Below, piece after piece: positions 42,041-51,490 of a stretch of 64,000 nt of DNA (the first letter of the stretch is position 1; every line of letters begins with the position of its first letter). Source of the stretch: Longimicrobiales bacterium (lineage in GTDB: Bacteria; Gemmatimonadota; Gemmatimonadetes; Longimicrobiales; Gaopeijiaceae); NCBI GenBank assembly GCA_965218295.1, contig CBDCKN010000013.1, forward strand, positions 288,001 through 352,000, read 5' to 3'. Below the pieces are notes generated by a model, which made no database searches, was not told the DNA's origin, and saw nothing but the letters and a program-made list of their open reading frames with translations. The translations under genes were made by a program, and so were the position numbers.

Positions 42041-43354
42041 CTACTCGTAGTACTCGCGACCCAAGTGCGTGATCTGCTCTTCCCCGGCGAGCCAGCGAAG
42101 CGTGTTCTTCAGCTTCCAGTGCTGGATGAACAGATCGTGCTCGGGGTAGAGGCCCGGAGCGCACTGGGGGCTCTTGAAGTAGAAGGAGAGCCACTCCTGG
42201 ATGCCCCCCAGCCCGGCCCGGCCCGCAAGGTCCATGAACAGGGCCAGATCCAGGACGATGGGCGCCGCCAGGATGGAGTCCTTGCAGAGGAAGTCGACCT
42301 TGATCTGCATGGGATAGCCCAGCCATCCGAAGATGTCGATGTTGTCCCACCCCTCCTTGTCGTCCCCGCGGGGCGGATAGTAGTTGATCCGTACCTTGTG
42401 GTAGATGTCGCCGTAGAGGTCCGGGTAGAGGTCGGGCTGCAGGATGTGGTCCATGACGCCCAGCTTCGACTCTTCCTTCGTCTTGAAGCTGGCCGGGTCG
42501 TCCAAGACGGCCCCGTCGCGGTTCCCGAGGATGTTGGTGCTGAACCAACCCCTGATCCCCAGCATGCGCGCCTTGAATCCGGGGGCCAGGATCGTCTTCA
42601 TGAGGGTCTGGCCCGTCTTGAAGTCCTTCCCCCCGATGGGGATGGCGTTCTCGTTGGAGTAGCTCTCGAAGGCGGGGAAGTCCGCGGACAGGTTCGGAGC
42701 GCCGTTGGCGTAGGGAATCCCCTCCATGAGGGCCGCGTACGCGTACAGCATGCTCGGGGCTATGGAGGCATCGTTCTCCTCCATTGCCTTCTCGAAGGAC
42801 TCCATCGTCTCGTGTGTCGGTCCCGGGCGGAGGAAGATCTCGGTGGATCCGCACCAGACCATGACCAGCCGGTCGCAGCCGTTCTCTTCCTTGAAGTTCC
42901 TGATGTCCTCGCGGATCTGCTCCGCGATCTCCCGCTTGTTGGCTCCGGTCTTCTTGTTGGGTCCGTCCAGTCGGGTCACATACTCGGGGTCGAAGGCCGC
43001 CGGCATGGGCTTGATAGCGGCGAGCTCGTCCTTGATAGGATCGAGGTGCTCCGAGCTCAGCACTCCGGCATTCACGGCGCTCTCGTAGGCGTTGTCCGGG
43101 ATGGGATCCCACCCGCCGAAGACGATCTGATCCAACTCCGCCAGATCGATGAAGTCCTTGATGAGCGGAGTGTGGTTGTCGGTACGCTGGCCCAACCGGA
43201 TGGCGTTCATCTGGGTGAGGCTTCCGATGGGCTTGGCCAGACCCTTCCGGGCGAGCAGGACGCCCGCGATGGTGGTGGTGGCCACGGCCCCCATGCCTGG
43301 AAGCAGGACGCCCAGCCACCCTTCAGCGGACCGGATCCCAGGGCGTTCTTTCAC
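42041..43354 (-). CDS. ino1: myo-inositol-1-phosphate synthase
   Basis: G.GAVATT, FGGWD, NGAP, GKDFKTGQT, NILGNRDG, GDDKE and DSILAAP motifs. Confidence 0.95.
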   Translation of the reverse strand: MKERPGIRSAEGWLGVLLPGMGAVATTTIAGVLLARKGLAKPIGSLTQMNAIRLGQRTDNHTPLIKDFIDLAELDQIVFGGWDPIPDNAYESAVNAGVLSSEHLDPIKDELAAIKPMPAAFDPEYVTRLDGPNKKTGANKREIAEQIREDIRNFKEENGCDRLVMVWCGSTEIFLRPGPTHETMESFEKAMEENDASIAPSMLYAYAALMEGIPYANGAPNLSADFPAFESYSNENAIPIGGKDFKTGQTLMKTILAPGFKARMLGIRGWFSTNILGNRDGAVLDDPASFKTKEESKLGVMDHILQPDLYPDLYGDIYHKVRINYYPPRGDDKEGWDNIDIFGWLGYPMQIKVDFLCKDSILAAPIVLDLALFMDLAGRAGLGGIQEWLSFYFKSPQCAPGLYPEHDLFIQHWKLKNTLRWLAGEEQITHLGREYYE

Positions 43355-43385
43355 TTGTATCTCCTTCGTTCGCGATGCGGGCTCG

Positions 43386-44018
43386 TCACCCGTCCAGGGG
43401 CACGCCCGCCGCTTGCTTGTAGACCCAAAGAATCCTTCTGACCGCCGTGTAATTAGTGAGAACGGCGAAGATCACGATCACCCCGCTGATGACGAGACCG
43501 TCCCAGCTGAGGCCGAAGATCAGCGATCCAACGCCTAGGAGGACTACCCGCTCGGCCCTCTGCATGAGCCCGACGGAGCAGTCGAGACCCAGTGTCTCGG
43601 CCTTGGCCCGTGTGTAGCTGATCATGAGAGAGCCCGCCATGGCCATCGCGATCAGGTAGATCATGCCGATGTTCAGGAGGGACACCTCGTATTGGTTGTA
43701 AAGCGAGATGAGGCCGATGTAGATGACTACCTCGCTGATCCTGTCGAGCACCGAGTCGTAGAACGCGCCGAACTTGGACTGGAGCCCCGACTCGCGGGCG
43801 ACCCGTCCGTCGAAGATGTCGTGGGCACCCCCAAGGAGGACGAAGAATCCCGCCGTGCGCACATGATCGGTCCCGTAGAGGAACCCCGCGAACACCGTCA
43901 CCACGAACCCGCTGGTGGTGATGAGGTTCGGATGCACGCGCTTCCTCACCAGCCACCGCGTGAGCGGATCGATGATCGGGTAGACCCGATCGCGGAGGTC
44001 GTCTAGGTTCTTTCCCAT
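43386..44018 (-). CDS. CDP-alcohol phosphatidyltransferase (PIP-synthase-like)
   Basis: HPNLIT, DIFDGRVAR...GAFYDSVLDR, SYTRAKAE and VGLMQRAER motifs. Confidence 0.9.
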   Translation of the reverse strand: MGKNLDDLRDRVYPIIDPLTRWLVRKRVHPNLITTSGFVVTVFAGFLYGTDHVRTAGFFVLLGGAHDIFDGRVARESGLQSKFGAFYDSVLDRISEVVIYIGLISLYNQYEVSLLNIGMIYLIAMAMAGSLMISYTRAKAETLGLDCSVGLMQRAERVVLLGVGSLIFGLSWDGLVISGVIVIFAVLTNYTAVRRILWVYKQAAGVPLDG

Positions 44019-44035
44019 GTCTGCCTGGGCGCCTT

Positions 44036-44393
44036 CTACGGCATGATGATCCGGCTCTCGGCGCCCTCGGCGATCCCTTCCTGGATCGTCTGATTCACCT
44101 TGAGCAGAATCTTGTCGAAGTTCGCCTGAGCCGAGACGAGTCGCTGATAGGTGGAGCTCGCCTGGAGTCGGCTTACGGCGTCTTCATAGCTCGACTTGAG
44201 CTCGTCATCCGGCTCGCTTCCCGGCCTGGAGCGCCGTTTCGATCCGACGCTCGAGGCTTTCCAGCTCCGTACGCAGCTCGGCCATTTCCCGATCGTCGTC
44301 GGTCGATGCGACGGCGACTTTGAGGATCTGATACTCGTCGGTCCGAGCAAGGGCCCTGCCCATGTCCTTGGCCATCTCCATGATGCGCGACAT
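44036..44393 (-). CDS. YlbF/YmcA-like helical regulator; frameshift at ~44217
   Basis: AKDMGRALARTDEYQ...LQAG | EPDD...YQRLVSAQANFDKILLKVNQTI. Confidence 0.7.
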
Positions 44394-44445
44394 TTAGCTT
44401 CCTGCCTCTGTGGTCCAGACCCCGCGTCTGGACTCGGGGGTTGTT

Positions 44446-45366
44446 TCATTCTCGGGTCCGTTCGGCCATCACGACTCGCGGGCGGCCGCTCAGATCTCGT
44501 CGGACCCGGGCCGGGCCGAACGCACCCGTCTCCTCGATCAACTCGACCACGCGGGACGCCTGTCCCGTTCCTATCTCCAGGGCCAGAAGCCCTCCGGGCA
44601 GCACCCGCTCACCGGCGCCGGTTACCAGAGGCCGGATCACGTCGAGCCCGTCCACCCCCGCGAACAGGGCTTCCCCCGGCTCACACTCGCTGACTTCGGG
44701 CTCCAGGTCCGGCCTCTGTCCCTCTTCCACGTAGGGCGGGTTCGAAACGATGACATCGAATCGCTCCTCTGCTCGGAGGGCCTCGAACAACTCTCCCTGG
44801 CGGAACTGCACCTTCGCGGCGGCACCGTGCCGTCGGGCGTTCTCCGCCGCAACCTCGAGCGCATCCGGCGAGACGTCCGTGGCAACGACACGGCCGCAGG
44901 GTCCTTCCACAGCCAGCGACAGAGCGATCGCGCCGCTCCCGGTTCCTACGTCCAGCACGATCCCCAGGCCTTCCGGCCGGTCGGCCGCCCAGCCCAGAAC
45001 CTCTTCCACCAGCACCTCGGTCTCGGGACGAGGAACCAGAACCCGCCCGTCGGTCACCAGCTCCAGCTCCCGGAAGGCCGTGCGACCGAGAATGTACTGT
45101 AGTGGCTCCCGGCCGGCCCGGCGACGGAGTAACGGCTTGAACGCTTCCCGCTCCTCCCGGCTCAGCGGCCGGTCGTACTGCAAGTACAGCTGCAGGCGGT
45201 CGACCCCGAGCGCGTCCGCCAGCAGCCACTCCGCATCCAGCCGCCCGTTCTCCACACCCTTTTCGGTAAGGTAGTCGGCGCTCCACAGGATCATCCGGAG
45301 AATCGTCCACGCCTCTTCGGGGCCAGCATTCTCCCTGATACGTGCGGCTCCTTCGGCGGCGCTCAC
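44446..45366 (-). CDS. prmC: Release factor glutamine methyltransferase
   Basis: EPLQYILG, PRPETE, DVGTGSGAI and SNPPY motifs. Confidence 0.97.
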   Translation of the reverse strand: MSAAEGAARIRENAGPEEAWTILRMILWSADYLTEKGVENGRLDAEWLLADALGVDRLQLYLQYDRPLSREEREAFKPLLRRRAGREPLQYILGRTAFRELELVTDGRVLVPRPETEVLVEEVLGWAADRPEGLGIVLDVGTGSGAIALSLAVEGPCGRVVATDVSPDALEVAAENARRHGAAAKVQFRQGELFEALRAEERFDVIVSNPPYVEEGQRPDLEPEVSECEPGEALFAGVDGLDVIRPLVTGAGERVLPGGLLALEIGTGQASRVVELIEETGAFGPARVRRDLSGRPRVVMAERTRE

Positions 45367-46463
45367 TCTCCGACGCCTCGGAGGCGCTCTTCCTGATCGG
45401 CGAGCCGTAGTGCCGCGATCAGCTCGCTCAAGTCGCCGTCCAGTACCTGGTCCAGTGTGTAGAGGGAGAGCTTGATCCGGTGATCGGTCACGCGGCTCTG
45501 GGGGAAGTTGTACGTGCGGATCTTCGCGGACCGGTCCCCGGTGCCCACTTGAGCCTGCCTCTCCCGTGATCGTTCCGCCTCTTGCTCCGCGATCCTTTGG
45601 TCCAGCAGACGGCTCCGGAGAACCTTGAGCGCCTTCGCCTTGTTCTTGTGCTGCGACTTCTCATCCTGACACGAGACGACCAGCCCCGAGGGCACGTGCG
45701 TGATGCGCACCGCCGAATCCGTGGTGTTCACGGACTGGCCCCCTGGTCCCGAGGAGCGGAAGACGTCGATCCGTAGGTCCTTTGGATCGATGTCCAGATC
45801 GACCTCGTCGGCCTCCGGCAGCACGGCCACCGTCGCCGCCGAGGTGTGGATCCTGCCCTGGCTCTCGGTTTCCGGGACGCGCTGCACCCGATGTACGCCC
45901 GACTCGAATCGGAGGCGGCCGTAGACGCCCTTCCCTCGGACCGTGAAGATGGCCTCCTTGATCGAGCCCGGGATGCCCTCGGAAAGACTCATGAGCTCGA
46001 TGTCCCAGCCCTCGCGCTCCGCCGCCCTCTGGTACATGCGAAACAGGTCGTGGGCGAAGAGCCCGGCTTCGTCGCCCCCGGTGCCGGCGCGGATCTCCAC
46101 GACCGCCGCGCGGTCGTCCAGGGGATCCTTGGGGATGAGGAGCTTGCGCGCCTGCTCTCCCAAGGTCTCGATCTGCCCCTCGAGGAAAGCGATCTCGTCC
46201 TCGGCTAGGGAGCGCATCTCGGGGTCGTCGGCCTCAGAAAGCAACTCCCGGGCTCCCTGGTGCTCGTCCAGGAGATCCAGGAGTTGGTCTGCGACTTGGA
46301 TCACGGGCGCAAGCTCGGCCCGCTCCTGTCCCAGCGTCCGAAGCCGATCCAGGTTCTGGATGACCTCCGGGCTGGCCAGCTCGTCGTCCAGACCGCGGAA
46401 TCGCCCCTGAGCCTCACGAAGACGGTCGAGGAGCCGCTCATCGACTCCCCCGGGGTTACCCAT
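45363..46463 (-). CDS. prfA: Peptide chain release factor 1
   Basis: GTGGDEA, VPETE (PxT), GGQ and RTYNFPQ motifs. Confidence 0.98.
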   Translation of the reverse strand: MGNPGGVDERLLDRLREAQGRFRGLDDELASPEVIQNLDRLRTLGQERAELAPVIQVADQLLDLLDEHQGARELLSEADDPEMRSLAEDEIAFLEGQIETLGEQARKLLIPKDPLDDRAAVVEIRAGTGGDEAGLFAHDLFRMYQRAAEREGWDIELMSLSEGIPGSIKEAIFTVRGKGVYGRLRFESGVHRVQRVPETESQGRIHTSAATVAVLPEADEVDLDIDPKDLRIDVFRSSGPGGQSVNTTDSAVRITHVPSGLVVSCQDEKSQHKNKAKALKVLRSRLLDQRIAEQEAERSRERQAQVGTGDRSAKIRTYNFPQSRVTDHRIKLSLYTLDQVLDGDLSELIAALRLADQEERLRGVGE

Positions 46464-46487
46464 ACGCGAATCGGACCCGGTTTCGTC

Positions 46488-46694
46488 CTACTTGCTGGCC
46501 TTCTCGTACTTCTTCTTGAACCGCTCGACCCGCCCTGCCGTATCGACCAGGCGCTGCTTGCCCGTGTAAAGCGGGTGGCACACGGAGCAGATATCGGTGT
46601 GCACTCTGGCCTGGGTCGCCATGGTCTCGAACGTGTGTCCACACGCGCAGGTTACCATGGCCGGCACGTATTCGGGGTGGATACCCTCTTTCAT
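46488..46694 (-). CDS. rpmE: 50S ribosomal protein L31 (Zn-binding C+ type)
   Basis: MKEGIHPEY...CACG...CSVCHPLYTG...GRVERF. Confidence 0.97.
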   Translation of the reverse strand: MKEGIHPEYVPAMVTCACGHTFETMATQARVHTDICSVCHPLYTGKQRLVDTAGRVERFKKKYEKASK

Positions 46695-46717
46695 GATCCA
46701 TCTCCGGTATTCAACAG

Positions 46718-46774
46718 AAAAGCGGGCCGGGGATCCCCGGCGAGAACGCCTCGCGGGAATCCGCGCCCGCTCTT
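46718..46774 (-). ncRNA. Candidate structured 5' leader of rpmE
   Basis: AAGAGCGGGC/GCCCGCUUUU closing stem enclosing three short hairpins, between the promoter and the RBS. Confidence 0.5.
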
Positions 46775-46784
46775 TAACCTGGGA

Positions 46785-46813
46785 AATATAGAAATCCGGA
46801 GAGGTCAGTTCAA
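46785..46813 (-). promoter_or_regulatory. sigma70-type promoter of rpmE-prfA-prmC
   Basis: TTGAAC-17 bp-TATATT on the minus strand. Confidence 0.65.
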
Positions 46814-48412
46814 GCCGGTCTCCTATTGCGTCCCGCGCCCGCCAGCAACGCCAGCGTGACGACCAGCGCCACCGGGCCGGCAACATCTCCGGTGCGTGTG
46901 TAGAGGGTCGTGACGTCGCTCGTGTAGACGGTGGCTTCCAGTACCTCCGGCTGGAAGAGCCTGGTCCGCTCGTACACTCGCCCGCGGGGGTCCACGAAGA
47001 GCGAGACACCCGTGTTCGCGGCCCGGGCAACGCCGACCCGGTTCTCGATGGCGCGCATGACCAAGTGAGCGGGGTGCTGCCAGAGCGCCGTCGTCCGTGA
47101 ATACCACGGTTCCCGTCCGAACCATGCGTCGTTGGTGAGGTTCACCAGCACGTTCGCTCCCTCCCGGCGGAAGCGTCGAGCGTGCCCAGGATAGGCGGAC
47201 TCGAAGCAGACGAGCGTCCCCGAATCGAGCTCCGCTTCTCGTCGACCCCAGCGGCCAGTCCTCCCCTCGTCCGTACTGGCCGAATGCCTGCCCGCTCTCC
47301 ACCCACGTGGCGGGCACGAAGGGCACCCGCTCCACCAGGGGGACTAGGCGATGCTTGTCGTAGCGGAAGCCGGTGAGGACCCCGTCGGCCGACGTGAGGA
47401 AGGCCGAGTTGAACGGCACCGACTCCCGCGCTCCCTCGCTCCCCTGACCGATGGCCCCGAACAGAACCGGGGCGCCCCACCGCTCCGCAACCCCGAGCAC
47501 CCGCCGTCGCAGCTCTTCATCCACCTCGACCGGCCCTAGGATCGTGGCCTCGGGCCATATCACGAGCTCGGGAGGGGGCTCCCGTAGCGTCGGCCCCGAC
47601 CTTTGGACGCCCGGCGGGATCTCCTCCGGCTCGGGAGCTAGCCTTTCAAGCGCTGCCAGCGTGCTGTCGATCGCGCTTCTAGGGTCCAGCTTCACCGGCT
47701 CGGGAACATTAGGCTGCACCACGACGACGTGGCCGATGGCCCGTACCGGCAGCGTGGCCGCACGCCAGTAGCCCCACCCGGCCGGGACAGCCAGAACGAT
47801 GGAGAAGGCGGCGGCCCAGGCCAAGGCCTTGCGCGTGCCGCGCTCACCACGGGCGGCGAGGACCGCCTCGGCCAGCAGCCCGTTCAGCACCGCCAGCCAG
47901 AGGGTGACGCCGCGAGCCCCCACGAGCTCGGCCGACCCGACCAGCTCGGGATACGCCGTGAGCGAGGTCCCGAGACCCAGCCAGGGGAAGGCCAACCCAC
48001 CCGGTGCGTGCGCCCGCAGCCACTCCAGGGCCGTCCAGGCCAGCGGAAGGGCAAGCCACAATGGAATTCCACCCCGACGCACCATCCGGTGAAGTGCCCA
48101 GGCGAAGGAGCCGGCGCCCAACCCGAGAGCCGACACCACAGCCAGGTACGCGGGGATCGCCCACCAGGTGAACCACACGAGGGCGATGGCAATCCAGTGG
48201 AGGAGAAGCCCGAAGTACAGGAGACCGAACCAGACTCCACCTCGGAATGCCTCGCCCGGCGCACTCCCGTCGCTCCCGCGGTCGACGATCCAGACCGCGA
48301 GAGGGACGAGGGCCACGAACGACGGGATCAACAGATGGAGCGGTGGAAACGCGCTGACGAGGAGTACGGCGGAGACGGCGGGAACCAGGCGGTCCCCGGG
48401 CCCGGGGATCAC
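46810..48412 (-). CDS. lnt: Apolipoprotein N-acyltransferase; frameshift at ~47219
   Basis: TM domain, VQPN, WPE, YDKHRLVP. Removing one G of a G4 run restores FGTLVCFES..., then TNDAWFG, RAIEN and RAANTGVS. Confidence 0.92.
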
Positions 48413-49701
48413 TCCCCCGCCGGTGGCCACGCCCTGAGCACTCCCCAGGCGAGCCCGAGGTGGGCAGGTAGTGCCAGGGCCAGAATCTCCCCGTTGACCT
48501 GATCCAGACCGGGGAGCACCTGCAGGGCGAGCCCGGCCACCGCCAGCGCGGCGACAGTGAGAGCGGCGCGCCCGGTCCACACGCGCCCCCTCCCCATGGC
48601 GGCCAGGAGGAGCAAAGCAGAGAGTACCAGAGACACCGGGTTGGCCTGGAAGGCGTTCTCGTTCAACCCCAAGAAGAAGTGATCCGTGAACAACCACGAG
48701 AGCAGCAGCGCCGAACCCAGGAGTCCAACGATGAGGCTCCATCCGCCGCCCGCCAGCGCCAGGAGCCATGCCGCCCACCGCTTGCCTCTTCCAGCCATCC
48801 ATCCGGAGAAGGCGAAGAGACCCCCGAGCACCGCCCCCGTCAGGAGGAACCCGACGAGCATGTTGGGGGTGCTGCCCGGAACGGGCCCCCGCCGGGCATC
48901 CACGACCTGCACGGCCGGCCCCAGAAGCGACACGTCCTCACCTTCGAACGTCGGTGCCCGCACCACCTCGAGGTGGCGCTGGAGCGGGAGGGGCAGGAAC
49001 ATCTCGTCCCACACCGAGATGGGCTCGTCCGCGCGGTTGCCCATGACGAACTGGATGCCCGCGTAGGCCGCCAGCACCGGCTCCAGCAGCCGGGTGGTGT
49101 GCCACCGGTAGGTAGTGCCCGTCTCCAGCCCCTCCGTCGCCGCCCGGATCCGTCCGCCCAAAACACGGTCGAGAGTATCCCGGACGCGGGTGGAGCAGTT
49201 GTCCCGATAGTAGTCGTATCCGTAGTAGCGGTTGGCCTCGGTATCGGTCTCGCGGACATGTGCCTGGAGCTCGAGTCGCTGGCCCGGGGTCAGGTTGACC
49301 CGTTGGAGCCAGACGCTGCGATTCACGCGGCGATAGGCCTCGATCATGTCTGCGGACCGGTACCCGGCCATCCAGTAGCGCATCCGGCCCCGGAGCAGGC
49401 GTGGGATGAAGTCCGACTGATTGAAGTCGAACATGCCCCAGTTGTAGGCGATCTCGGTCCCCGCCCGGTCGTCCCGGATGACTAGAGCGTTGTGGCTGAA
49501 GCGCTCCCAGATCGCGTCGCCGGGGCCCATGGTCATGAGGAACACTTCGAGATGCGAGCCCGGGACCGGCGCCGAGACGGAGTCACCCTCCGGTGGAGGG
49601 GTGATCTGAGCCCACAGGGGGGCCCCGAGGCCGGCCGAACACAGCGCCATCGCCAGGAGGATTGTGGAGAGGTGGCTTCGGGGCTCCTCAGCCTTCGCCA
49701 A
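48409..49701 (-). CDS. DUF4105 domain membrane protein (Lnb-like)
   Basis: Signal-like N-terminus; LMTMGPG..IWERFSHNAL, YNWGMFDF, Y.YDYYRDNCSTRVRD and MFLP..L motifs; four C-terminal TM helices. Confidence 0.85.
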   Translation of the reverse strand: MAKAEEPRSHLSTILLAMALCSAGLGAPLWAQITPPPEGDSVSAPVPGSHLEVFLMTMGPGDAIWERFSHNALVIRDDRAGTEIAYNWGMFDFNQSDFIPRLLRGRMRYWMAGYRSADMIEAYRRVNRSVWLQRVNLTPGQRLELQAHVRETDTEANRYYGYDYYRDNCSTRVRDTLDRVLGGRIRAATEGLETGTTYRWHTTRLLEPVLAAYAGIQFVMGNRADEPISVWDEMFLPLPLQRHLEVVRAPTFEGEDVSLLGPAVQVVDARRGPVPGSTPNMLVGFLLTGAVLGGLFAFSGWMAGRGKRWAAWLLALAGGGWSLIVGLLGSALLLSWLFTDHFFLGLNENAFQANPVSLVLSALLLLAAMGRGRVWTGRAALTVAALAVAGLALQVLPGLDQVNGEILALALPAHLGLAWGVLRAWPPAGE

Positions 49702-50707
49702 GCCGCACCTCCTGCCCCTGCTCCGCCGACCGGTACGCGGCCTGCATGACCTCCATCAGATGGACCTGCTCCGTAGGGGACGGCAGGTCGCACTCACCCG
49801 CCACCGCCCGGACGAACTGATCCAGCAGCCTCCGGTAGGCGTTCGTGAAGGGATTCTCACCCCCCCTGGGCTTGGGCTGCCGCGGCGTCACGTCCATGGG
49901 CCGGCCGCCCAGCTGCTTCTGGATCTCCAGGGGAGGCAACGAGCCCGATCCGTCGGTCCCCATGGCCCGGGCGTAGTGGCGATCGGCATCGGCGAACAGG
50001 CTCCAGCTCGCCTCGACGCTGAAGACCGTGCCGGAGTCGGCCACGGCGAAGACGCTGGCCGCTTCCTCCACGGAGTCGTCTCCTTTCTGGAGCACGGCCG
50101 AGACTCTGGTGATTTGTGGATACCCCACCAGCCAGAATGCGAGATCCAGGATCTGGACGCCTAGGTCCATGAGTGCCCCACCCCCCTGCTCCGGCTTCTG
50201 GCGCCACGTCGAGCGAGGGGTCTTCCGGGTGAGGGAGCTCGCTCGAACTGTATAGATGTCGCCGAGCTCGCCGCCGGCCACGAAGGACGCCAGGGCGCCT
50301 GCGTCGGGGCGGAACCGGTGATTCATCCCTACGGCGAGACAGCGCCCCGCGGAGTCGGCCGCGTCCAGGACCCGCTGCACCCCCTCGGGAGTGAGCGCGA
50401 GGGGCCGCTCCACCAGGACGTGCTTCCCGGCCTCGAGAGCCGCGATGGCCAGCGTCTCGTGGAGGTGGTTGGGCGCGCATATCACGGCGGCCTGGATGTC
50501 CTCGTCCTGAACCAGCTCCCGGTCGGAGAGGACCTTCGGCACATCGAAGCGGTTGGCGAGGGTGTCGGCCTTGGGCCGGTCCGCGTCGGCGAGGGCCACG
50601 ACGTCCGCGTCTTCCCGCTCGGAGAGGATGGGGAGGTAGACGATCTGGCTGATGGCGCCGACGCCCAAGACTCCGACCTGGATCGGGTCGGGCTCCGATC
50701 CGGACAT
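49688..50707 (-). CDS. Gfo/Idh/MocA family oxidoreductase
   Basis: GVLGVGAI, PNHLH, GKHVLVERP and GGGALMDLG motifs. Confidence 0.92.
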   Translation of the reverse strand: MSGSEPDPIQVGVLGVGAISQIVYLPILSEREDADVVALADADRPKADTLANRFDVPKVLSDRELVQDEDIQAAVICAPNHLHETLAIAALEAGKHVLVERPLALTPEGVQRVLDAADSAGRCLAVGMNHRFRPDAGALASFVAGGELGDIYTVRASSLTRKTPRSTWRQKPEQGGGALMDLGVQILDLAFWLVGYPQITRVSAVLQKGDDSVEEAASVFAVADSGTVFSVEASWSLFADADRHYARAMGTDGSGSLPPLEIQKQLGGRPMDVTPRQPKPRGGENPFTNAYRRLLDQFVRAVAGECDLPSPTEQVHLMEVMQAAYRSAEQGQEVRLGEG

Positions 50708-51381
50708 CAGCGTGCCTCACCCTGGACGAGCTCGCCCCAGATGTAGCTGAGGCCGAAGCGGAGCTCTACATAGCGCAGGTCTCCGAGCACCTCGAACTTG
50801 CTTCCCCCGTAGAGCCGGAATCGATCCGTGACAGGATACTCCAGGCCTCCATGCACGTTGAAGCCCGCCGAGACGGAGTCCAGGAGGTCCTCGACAAACG
50901 TGCCGTTCACAGCCGGCCCCGATCCGTTCAAGAAGTGGGCCGAGACGCCGACCCCGGTCCAGAGGAAGAGGTCGAGAGGCACAGACCACATGTATTGCCC
51001 GTCCACGCTGATGACCACGTCGTCCCGGTCGATGGGCCCGAGGTCGAACCCTCCCGGCGGAGCCGTGCCACCCTGGATGGTATTCAGCGCTGCGAGACGA
51101 ACCTCGAAATCGTCCACCTCGTCTTGGGCCATGCGAGACGTCCAGAAGGCCACACCGGGAATGACCCGGAAGCCCGGGCCGAGAAAGCCGAGATCGAACC
51201 GGAGCGCAAAGATCTCCGTGTTCTCCACGTTGTTGGCGAAGATGTAGCCGCCCTCGGCCAAAATCCCTCGGAAGGAGAGGTTCGCGTAGTCGTAGTCCGC
51301 CAGCTCCTGACTTCCCGCGCGCACGGGCGCGAGAATCACAACTGCTGCCAAAGCCAACTTCCACATCGCATCCGTCCTCAT
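50707..51381 (-). CDS. Hypothetical exported protein, possibly an outer-membrane beta-barrel
   Basis: Signal peptide and alternating aromatic/Gly beta-strand pattern ending ELRFGLSY. Confidence 0.65.
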   Translation of the reverse strand: MRTDAMWKLALAAVVILAPVRAGSQELADYDYANLSFRGILAEGGYIFANNVENTEIFALRFDLGFLGPGFRVIPGVAFWTSRMAQDEVDDFEVRLAALNTIQGGTAPPGGFDLGPIDRDDVVISVDGQYMWSVPLDLFLWTGVGVSAHFLNGSGPAVNGTFVEDLLDSVSAGFNVHGGLEYPVTDRFRLYGGSKFEVLGDLRYVELRFGLSYIWGELVQGEAR

Positions 51382-51407
51382 CAGGACCTCACCTCCTCGT
51401 CGTTCCT

Positions 51408-51487
51408 ACTCTGAGCCTCACAAGACCGGGGCACCCGCGCCGAAGGCGTGGGTCGCGCGACCCACTGTACTCCTTCAATGGGCCTCT
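51408..51487. repeat. Intergenic repeat, family B, with a perfect 18-bp palindrome
   Basis: Shares both ends with 19368-19426; GTGGGTCGCGCGACCCAC at 51448-51465. Confidence 0.75.
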
Positions 51488-51490
51488 GCG

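Noticed and set aside
44412..44432. Hairpin GTCCAGAC/GTCTGGAC as a terminator after prmC
   Set aside because: No U-tract on the coding strand.
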